In this document: in pieces, positions 54,890 through 64,000 of the stretch
Layout of the letters: every line of letters starts with the position of its first letter
How positions within the stretch are numbered: the first letter of the stretch is position 1
NCBI GenBank assembly: GCA_951406725.2
Contig: OX597831.1
Span: 11,098,001 to 11,162,000 of the forward strand
From: Octopus vulgaris
Lineage: Eukaryota
Length of the DNA: 64,000 bases
Direction of reading: 5' to 3'
The notes under the pieces: generated by a model
What the model was told of the DNA's origin: nothing
Seen by the model: only the letters and a program-made list of their open reading frames with translations
Databases searched by the model: none
Translations under genes and position numbers: made by a program

Positions 54890-55590
54890 CAGTGGTGTCA
54901 AACTCAATCGCACGGGGGCCAAAACTCAAAGCACACTTTAGGTCGTGGGCCGAACAAGATAAGCGTTTATTGAACTGACTAAAACTTTTGGAACATGAAC
55001 ATGTATCGAAACAGATGGCGTATAATTTTATTCCAAAAATAAATTAACTTTAATTTTAATTACTTGAAATATTTTGCTCTGCATAAAAATATCTCCAGTC
55101 AAAATTATAAAAAATTAAAATAAGAAAATGTTGCAAAAAAAGTATATATAAATAAAAAGAATTACTTTATAGTGAAAATTAAAATGATAAATCAAAACTT
55201 TTAATTTTCTTTATGTAATTTGGTCCGAGTTGCATACTTGGCATCTTTTCTTGGACAACGAGTTCGTTGATGTTTGGGGCAAGGTTCTGTGATGATGAGA
55301 CTCTCAGGATGGATTTGCAGGGGTTCATCTGTGAGACGACTCCTATGTGGCGTTTTATTCATCTTCATCACAGAGAACAGCTGCTCGCAAAGATATGTGC
55401 TTCCAAACAAAACCGGATTTGAAAGGGTCTCTTTTCAGCATCGACTTTTCTCTGGGCCATTGATATAGATAGCTACTACGACTGAATGACGTCACGTGAA
55501 CATGATCACCCGAAAGAGCGGTAGGGCGGCTGTTGCGGTGCATTATGGGAATAGTAGATTGTGCGTCATCAGCGCTTCACAACACGCGAT
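54890..55590 (-). mobile_element. Deleted hAT (SPIN/Charlie-like) transposon
   Basis: Terminus cagtggtgtcaaactc at 54890; minus ORF FGSTYLCEQLFSVMKMNKTPHRSRLTDE is a hAT C-terminal dimerisation motif. Confidence 0.82.
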
Positions 55591-55592
55591 TT

Positions 55593-55821
55593 TTTTTACT
55601 GCCCATAAGGGGCTAAACATAGAGGGGACAAACAAAGACAAACAAAGGGATTAAGTCGATTACAACGACCCCAGTGCGTAACTGTTACTTAATTTATCGA
55701 CCCCGAAAGTGTGAAAGGCAAAGTCGACCTCGGCGAAATTTGAACTCAGAACGTTACGACATGCGAAATACCGCTACACATTTCGCCCGGCGTGTTAACG
55801 TTTCTGCCAGCTCGCCGCCTT
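55593..55821 (-). mobile_element. SINE B
   Basis: aggggctaaacatagaggggac...ctgccagctcgccgcc. Confidence 0.88.
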
Positions 55822-56229
55822 AAATTAAGACTCTTGCCTCTTTAATGTGTGTTATTTTTGTACAGACAGGGATTAATGGTTACAGTGATGTTGTTTCTAG
55901 TCGTGAATTGAATTATTGCTAATTTTGGTGACACCCTGAGTAAGAGAGGCAGTGCAGTCAGTGCTATATATAATGTAAGATCTGTTTTAGTCATACCTTA
56001 CGTATGTTTAGTTGTAACGAGAAGGCATGGGTGTTGCTGAGGGTAGCAAAGTACTCAATTTGCTGATACCGCCAATTCGACCAATTTCATGCTGATATCA
56101 AAATGGACCCGCGCGCCGGATGAAATTGCTGCACAGGTCAAAGGTTAGAGCCAGACAAATATGGACCGTCACTTCCCAGAAGTAAGGATTGGTTTACGCA
56201 GGGCCAAAATTCCTATCAAGAAATAAAGA

Positions 56230-56530
56230 AGGAGTGGCTGTGTGGTAAGTAGCTTGCTAACCAACCACATGGTTCCGGGTTCAGTCCCACTGCGTGGCAT
56301 CTTGGGCGAGTGTCTTCTGCTATAGCCCCGTCCGACCAATGCCTTGTGAGTGGATTTGGTAGACGGAAACTGAAAGAAGCCTACGTCCCCGTCACTTAGC
56401 GGTTCGGCAAAAAGAGACCGATAGAATAAGTACTGGGCTTGCAAAGAAGAATGAGTCCCGGGGTCGAGTTGCTCGACTAAAAGGCGGTGCTCCAGCATGG
56501 CCGCAGTCAAAATGACTGAAACAAGTAAAA
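56230..56530 (+). mobile_element. SINE A with the central microsatellite deleted
   Basis: Head ...gaaagaagcc joined directly to tacgtccccgtcacttagcgg tail. Confidence 0.88.
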
Positions 56531-56856
56531 GAAAAAAGAAAAAGAAGAAAACAAAATAACAGAAGCATCGTTGACAATTCGAAACCAACAAAACTAGAGA
56601 GAGGGGAAGGCTTTTCCTTCGGGAGGGAGCCCAGGGTCAGAAACAGTGAAGAAAAGTCATCGATGGTCTATGCTCTACAATGAGTGAAGAACTTGAGTAA
56701 AAGTGGTTTATTATCGATTTGTTATATATTTACATTTTGAACGATTTTTAGGTGTTTCGTTTGATGGCCCTCGGAAAAATGAAATGCAAAGGTAGGATTC
56801 GAACTAACAATATGATGTTACATTACAAAGATCATTATTATCATGAGCAATATTTA

Positions 56857-57062
56857 AGGCGGTGAGCTGGCAGAATGATTAACACTCCGGGTTGTATGCC
56901 TTCTGATTTCTGAGTTCAAATGCTGCCGAGGTAGATTTTGCCTTTCATCTATTTTGGGTTCGATAAATTAAGTACCAGTTAAAAACTGGGAATGATGTAA
57001 TCGACTTGTCCACCGACCCCACACGTTGAAATTACTGGCCTTGTGCCAAAATTTGAAACCAA
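56857..57062 (+). mobile_element. SINE B (diverged)
   Basis: ggcggtgagctggcagaa...tctgagttcaaa..gataaattaagtaccag. Confidence 0.8.
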
Positions 57063-57200
57063 TATTAACCTCATTAAAACTTACATCACGGACACGGGCC
57101 GGCCGGGTAGCTTCTATTAAGTCACTCAAAATGCTAGACATGGCAAATAAATCTCTCTGAAATCCCAGTTTAACGTAGTACTATTCTATTCCATAGTGGA

Positions 57201-57415
57201 TACTCTCTTTACTCTCTTACTCTTTTACTTGTTTCAGTCATTTGACTGCGGCCATGCTGGAGCACCGCTTTTAGTCGAGCAAATCAACCCCAGGACTTAT
57301 TCTTTGGAAGCCTAGTACTTATTCTATCGGTCTCTTTTGCCGAACCGCTAAGTTACGGAAACGTAAACACACTAGCATTGGTTGTCAAGCGATGTTGGGG
57401 GGTACAAACACAGAT

Positions 57416-57448
<33 letters not shown>

Positions 57449-57636
57449 TACATATATATATATACATATATACGACGGGCTTCTTTCAGTTTCCTTCTAC
57501 CCAATCCACTCACAAGGCTTTGGTCAGCCCGAGGCTATAGTGAGAAGACACTTGCCCAAGGTGCCACGCAGTGGAAATGAACCCGGAACCATGTGGTTGG
57601 TAAAGAAGCTACTTACCACAGGGCCACTCCTGCGCC
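57201..57636 (-). mobile_element. Full-length SINE A
   Basis: Tail, (CA)n(TA)n spacer, head ending ctcctgcgcc. Confidence 0.9.
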
Positions 57637-58384
57637 TATATGGTCACGGTTGGTATAACTTTCATCATTGATCTGGCCAATCGGTGTTGTCTTTAGACCA
57701 AACAACAACAACAACAACAACAACACTGTTGCCATTAGTTACCACCGACAGCATCACCACCACCACAACCACCATCCACACCTACCTCTACCAGTGTCGA
57801 CAACAACAACAACGACACCAACGTCATTAAACAACATTGCTATCACTATCAACACTACTAGCATCAACAATAAAAAAAAAACAAAAGTAAAAACAACAAC
57901 AACAACAACAACAACAAAAAAATAAATAGCAGGAAGTTGATAAAGAGTAGCAAACAATTATAATTAATCAAAACCTGAAGTCATTAAATTTTTCTTTTGA
58001 TTGCATCGATTAACTGCAGGTGTTGCACGCTTTATTTTTCTAAACTTCACACGGCATCTCCACACGGATTCTGTGAAAATGTTCTGGCATCTCTTGATTA
58101 AGAAGGAAAATTATTTATTTCGGTTTCTTTGTTATCTTATTCAAGAATGGCGGCTGCTCTGTTTCCGAACCGCGAAACACAGTCGTTAATGAAGCATCAC
58201 CCGGCGAGCAGGAGCTTCGTCTAAGAATGGCAGAGAAAACAAGGGCAACCATCTGAAGAGAGGTTTGGCCAACATGCTCCTCGGAATAAACCCAATTGGA
58301 ACTGCCACAAAATGGTCTCTCTCTGTCTAAGAACAAACATACGGGCACACAATCACGCACACACCCCACACGTATGTATATATA

Positions 58385-58800
58385 TTTCTTTACTACCTAC
58401 AAGGGGCTAAACATAGAGGGGACAAACAAGGACAGACAAAGGGATTAAGTCGATTACATCGACTCCAGTGCGTAACTGGTACTTTATTTATAGACCCCGA
58501 AAGGATGAAAGACAAAGTCGACCTCTGCGGAATTTGAACTCAGAACGTAACGACAGACAGAATACCTATTTCTTTATTACCCACAATGGGCTAAACACAG
58601 AGGGGACAAGCAAGGACAGACAAAGGGATTCAGTCGATTACATCGACCCCAGTGCGTAACTGGCACTTTATTTATCGACCCCGAAAGGATGAAAGGCAAA
58701 GTCGACCTCGGCGGAATTAGAACTCAGAACGTAACGACAGACGAAATACTGTAAAGCATTTCACCCGGCGTGCTAGCGTTTCTGCCAGCTCGCAGCCTCC
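58385..58800 (-). mobile_element. SINE B dimer
   Basis: Two tandem ~180-bp units, then head ctgccagctcgc. Confidence 0.88.
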
Positions 58801-59735
58801 CCCACACGTATGTATATAGCCTTTGTATATATTCATGTATGTACATACCTATATATGATCAAGGCTTGGTTTGGGCGGGGTGGATAAAAAGGTTAGATGA
58901 TTGCTTGCTCTTTGGACCCTAGGGCTCGAGTGGTACTTATTTCATTGACTCCGACATATTCGCCACAACCACCGAGATCTGCACCCGCGGTCGGCTTCAA
59001 CCGAGTAAAGTCGACGTCGGTGGAATTTGAACTCGGAACAGAAAGACGAACGAACGAAATGACGCTCAAGATTTTGTATCGCGTGCAATTAGTATACATG
59101 TATGAGTGCATGTATGTGTGTATGTACGTATGTATGTATGTATGTATGTATGTATGTATGTATGTATGTATGTATGTATGTATGTCTGTATGTGTGTATG
59201 TGTGTATGTATGTATGTATGTATGTATGTATGCATGTATGTATGTATGTATGTATGTATGTATGTATGTATGTATGTATGTGTATGCATGTATGTCTGCA
59301 TGCATGTATGTGTGTGTATGTATGTATTTATGCATGTATGTATGTGTGCATGAATGTATGTCTGTATGTATGAATGTATGTATAAGTGTATGTATATATG
59401 TATTTATGTATGAATATATGCATGTATGTGTGTATGCAAGTATGTATGAGTGCAAAAGAATTCAAACGTGTACGAGTGCGCATATATATATATATAATAT
59501 ATATATATATATACCTATATATATGCGTGTCTGTGTGTATGCATGGCACGTGTGTGTGTGTGTACCTACGAGTGTCGGTGTGTTTGTGTGTTTCCGGGTG
59601 TGCATGCGTATGTGTTTATGTGTATGTCCTTGCGTGCGTGTATACGCGAGTGCGTGCAGCTGCGTATGTGTTTGTGTGTATGTGCGTGCTTGTGTGTGTG
59701 TGTGCTTGCGTGTGTGCGTGTGCTTGTGTGTGTGC

Positions 59736-59771
<36 letters not shown>

Positions 59772-60594
59772 GTGTGTGTTTGTGAATAATGAGACAGTTC
59801 AGAATTAAAGACGCCTTTCCGCTGATGGGCGAGAAAGACAGCGCACCTGGTTTTTTTAATACACTCAAAACAAGAACAAGAACACACAAAAAAAAAAAGC
59901 AAACAAACAAACACGTGGCTTTTTGTCTGCTGCCGAATAATCTACAGCCGTTGTTGTTGATGCTGTTATTGTTGTTGTTGTTTGAATTCCTTGATGTTGT
60001 TGTTATAAGGAAGATACCATTCATCAACGACATTAATCTCAGCCCCCGCATCACCTCTACCCTTTAATCTACCGCACTCCGTATCCAGTTCGTTAATCTT
60101 CACCTTATGAAGACGAATGCAGAATTCAACAGCCGTAATACGCAATGAATTAATGCCTGATGCAGGCGACTATAGGCTCGCTCAGCATGCTAGAAATAAC
60201 AACCAAATCTCGTTCAACTCGTCACTTACTAGTATTTTAGATAAATATTAACTCACTTATCTTTTATCTTTTGCTTACCTAAGTCAGTGCGCTGCGGCCA
60301 TGCTGGGGCACTGCGTTAAATGGTGCAGTGGACCTTAGTGCCTTTTTATTTTTTATATTTTAGACGTGTTATTTATTCTATCAATGTGTTTGCCGAATCG
60401 CTATGTTACGGGAACATCAATAAACCAAATCTGGTTGTTGAGCGGACACAAAGAAAGACGCACACATCCACACATCTATACACACACACATACATACATA
60501 CATACATACCCACATACATACACACATGCACACAGAGATACACACATACGCACACAAACACAACATTCATACACATACATACATACAGTTTCCG

Positions 60595-60629
<35 letters not shown>

Positions 60630-60949
60630 CAGAACAACACACACTACATACACACATGCACACACACACACATACACATATACAGACACACACACAAACA
60701 GACATACACACAAGGCATTTATCTGCCCGATGCTATAGTAAATAACACTTGCCCAAGTTTCCACGCAGTGGGACTGAACCCGGAACCTTGCGGTTGGGAA
60801 GCAAACTTCTTACCACACGGTCCACGATAAGCTTCGCTTCTATACATATATATAATTTAATACACACACACATACACACACGCACACACACATACACAAA
60901 CGCACAGGCACACACACACACACGCACACACACATACACATACATGTAT

Positions 60950-61161
60950 TCCTTTACTCTATTATTTGTTTCAATCATTTGACTGCGGCCATGCCGAAGC
61001 ACCACCTTAGGTCGAACGAATCGACCCCAGGACTTATTCTCTGTAAGCATAGTACTTGTTCTATCGGTTTCTGTTCCCGAGCCGCTAAGTTACGGGTACG
61101 TGAACACACCAGCATCGGTTGTCAAGCGATGGTGGAGGGACAAACAGAGACACACAAACAT

Positions 61162-61224
<63 letters not shown>

Positions 61225-61581
61225 CGCAGGAGTGGCTGTGTGGTAAGTAGCTTGCTAACCAACCACATGGGCAAGTGTCTTCTGCTATAGCCCCGGGCCG
61301 ACCAATGCCTCGTGAGTGGATTTGGTAGACGGAAACTGAAAGAAGCCTGTCGTATATATGTATATATATATGTGTATGTGTGTGTGTGTGTTTGTCCCCC
61401 AAGCATTGCTTGACAACCGATGCTGGTGTGTTTACGTCCCCGTCACTTAGCGGTTCGGCAAAAGAGACCGATAGAATAAGTACTGGGCTTACAAAGAATA
61501 AGTCCCGGGATCGATTTGCTCGACTAAAGGTGGTGCTCCAGCATGGCCGCAGTCAAAATGACTGAAACGAGTAAAAGAGTA
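60950..61581. mobile_element. Divergent SINE A pair: minus tail 60950-61160, plus element 61223-61581
   Basis: Inverted tails around (TA)n. Confidence 0.85.
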
Positions 61582-61593
61582 TACATACATACA

Positions 61594-61664
<71 letters not shown>

Positions 61665-61676
61665 CAGATATATATA

Positions 61677-61711
<35 letters not shown>

Positions 61712-61853
61712 ATAGAGAGAGAGAGAGAAAGAAACAAGCAGCTTGTCTTACATTAACAAAACCATACAGACACACAAACACACACGTTTCTCTCTTCGCA
61801 TGTGTATGTATGTATGTGTATGTCAATGGAGCAGTGAAGCGGGCATATGGAAG

Positions 61854-61894
<41 letters not shown>

Positions 61895-62338
61895 ATACAC
61901 ACACACTATGGACTTCTGTCAAGTTTCTATCTACTAGATCCCGACATCTACTCACATGACTTTATTCGGCCCAGGGCTATAATAAGGTGTCACGCAACGA
62001 GACTGAACCCGGAACCATGTGATTGGAAGCAAACTTTGAATAAAGAAAGACGTAGGATCCTGGAGCAGAAACCGAATCCAGGAGCGGTTCTCTTTTTAAA
62101 TACCCCCCACTCCCACCATTTCTCAATATTTCTCCCCCCCTCATCTTCCTCCCGCTCTCTTTCTCTCACTCTCTCACTCACTCACTCCCTCCCCGCAGCT
62201 GTCGCATCCACTTGAGCAGAGGATGGGAAAGTGGAGAGGCTGGTCCTGTCCACTCGCGATTTGGAAGTAAAACAATTCGGCAAAAACACGTTACAGGTTA
62301 TCGACACATATACGAGTAACAGCTGGCTTTTGAATATC

Positions 62339-62397
62339 AACAATAATAATAATAGTAATGATGATAATAATAATAATAATAGCAATAATAAACAATG

Positions 62398-62457
<60 letters not shown>

Positions 62458-62507
62458 GCAATAATAATAATAACAATAATAAAAATAATGATAATAATAA
62501 TAATAGC

Positions 62508-62568
<61 letters not shown>

Positions 62569-62676
62569 GCAATAATAATAATAATAATAATAGCAATAAT
62601 AATAATAATAATAATGATAATAATGATAATAATAGTAATAACAACAACAACAATAATAATAATAATAATAATAATC

Positions 62677-62740
<64 letters not shown>

Positions 62741-62751
62741 TAATAATAATG

Positions 62752-62821
<70 letters not shown>

Positions 62822-62835
62822 TAATTATAATAATA
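62339..62835 (+). repeat. ~500 bp (AAT)n tract with variants
   Basis: aat with gat/agc/aac interruptions. Confidence 0.95.
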
Positions 62836-63179
62836 CTCTCTTTTACTCCTTTTTACTTGTTTCAGTCATTTGACTGTGGCCATGCTTGAGCACCACCTTT
62901 AAAGATGATAATAACAATAATAATAATAATAAGACTCCAGGAGCTCCAACAAAACCTGTGATAAAGAGAAAATATTAGTAATCATAATTATCAGGTAAAA
63001 AATTTGGGGCATAAGGCTAGCAATTTTTGAGGGTAAGGGTTAGCTGATTACATGAACCCAAGTATTTTACGGGTACTTATTTTATCGACGCAGAAAGTAA
63101 GAAAAGCAAAGTTGACCTCAGGAGCATTTGAACTCAGAACGCAAAGTGAAATATGGAGGATGCCGCGTAATGGTATGAA

Positions 63180-63690
63180 AAGTGACCTCAGCTGCTGGTC
63201 CTGGTCCACTTATTCGGCTACAAGGGACTGTCAATGCTGAACCCTACAAGCAGATTCTTAGACAACGTGCCCTTCCACATCTCCAATCCTCGTTAGTTCA
63301 ACCTCCTATCTTCGTGCAGGCAACGCTCCCTGTCACACTGCGTAGAGAATCAAAGATTCATTGAGAGATGAACGGGTTGATCTCATGGACTGGCCACCTC
63401 AAAGTCCCGATCTCAACCCTATAGAAAACATTTGGAAGATTATTGGACATGGGGCGCGAAGGAGAAATCCAAACAATCAAGATGAACTCTGTTGGAAATT
63501 ATTGGTAAACGAATGGAACAATATTACTCCATCATTTTGCAAGGAATTATTTCAGTCCTGCAGTAACAGATTTCAGGAGGTCATTGATAGTAAAGGGATG
63601 TTCACAAAATATTAATTGTAAGGGTTTCTCTTTTGTTCTTGTTCCATTTTTCATTGTTTTTCTAAGCAATCCTTAACTTTTGGCCGATGT
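63180..63690 (+). pseudogene. Tc1-family (DD34E) transposase C-terminal fragment
   Basis: ..YKQIL....LP..IFVQ..[frameshift]..DWPPQSPDLNPIENIW...W..I....C..L..S...R...VI..KG..TKY*; probable terminal repeat cttaacttttggcc. Confidence 0.88.
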
Positions 63691-63826
63691 AGTTTGGAAG
63701 ATTATTTGTTTTTCGTTTATGGAATTGGTTTGCAAGATTCTTTGTATGAGTTTGTGTGTTAAAGCATATTCAATTGTGTCTGGGGAGGGTCATTTTCTTT
63801 TTGTGCCTTATTATATAACACACTCA

Positions 63827-64000
63827 CCGGTAAAATTTCCACGTTTTTCTTATTTTTATTGTCCTAAAATTTTCGTTGCGTCTTGCAACCTTTTCAATAG
63901 TCTTGACTATTGAAAAGGTTGCCAGAGTATTGAAAAGGTTACAAGACGCAACGAAAATTTTAGGACAATAAAAATAAGAAAAACGTAGAAATTTTACCGG
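63827..64000. repeat. Fold-back inverted repeat running off the window end
   Basis: Arms 63827-63899 and 63928-64000 (2 mismatches); inner perfect 18-bp palindrome 63885-63902/63905-63922. Confidence 0.93.

Noticed and set aside
58130-58260. Possible coding exon (NGGCSVSEPRN...RATI*) and CTGAAGA-gagg..cctc-GGAA hammerhead-like motif
   Set aside because: No recognisable homology and a weak acceptor; the motif lacks GAAA and stem III
62190-62300. Possible exon after the pyrimidine tract (ccccgcag|ctgtcg...acag|gttatc)
   Set aside because: The tract is a (CT)-type repeat, the donor is weak and the translation is unrecognisable

Overview
AT-rich eukaryotic non-coding DNA, saturated with microsatellites and transposons. 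The repeat content (bipartite tRNA-derived SINEs with internal (TA)/(TG) tracts, very high SSR load, Dong/R4, CR1, mariner/Tc1/hAT and Helitron relics) suggests a coleoid cephalopod, probably Octopus; this is an inference. I can support no intact host protein-coding gene. Nearly all ORF-track entries are translations of microsatellites or satellite; the few protein-like ones are transposon fragments. Notable items: (1) two well-formed type I hammerhead ribozymes (825-895 minus, 5861-5953 plus) and about nine degenerate ones from several families, mostly in short elements lodged in (TA)n; several fold-back inversions pivot at or next to the ribozyme, and one hammerhead relic sits behind a Pol III tRNA head; (2) a ~6 kb satellite (23708-29698) of a ~52 bp unit built from overlapping palindromes, with nested inversions and outward-facing CR1-type RT fragments on both flanks; (3) a head-to-tail stack of three TAA-tailed retroelement ends; (4) a composite SINE/Helitron segment duplicated ~32 kb apart. 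Coordinates were read by eye and may be off by a few bases.
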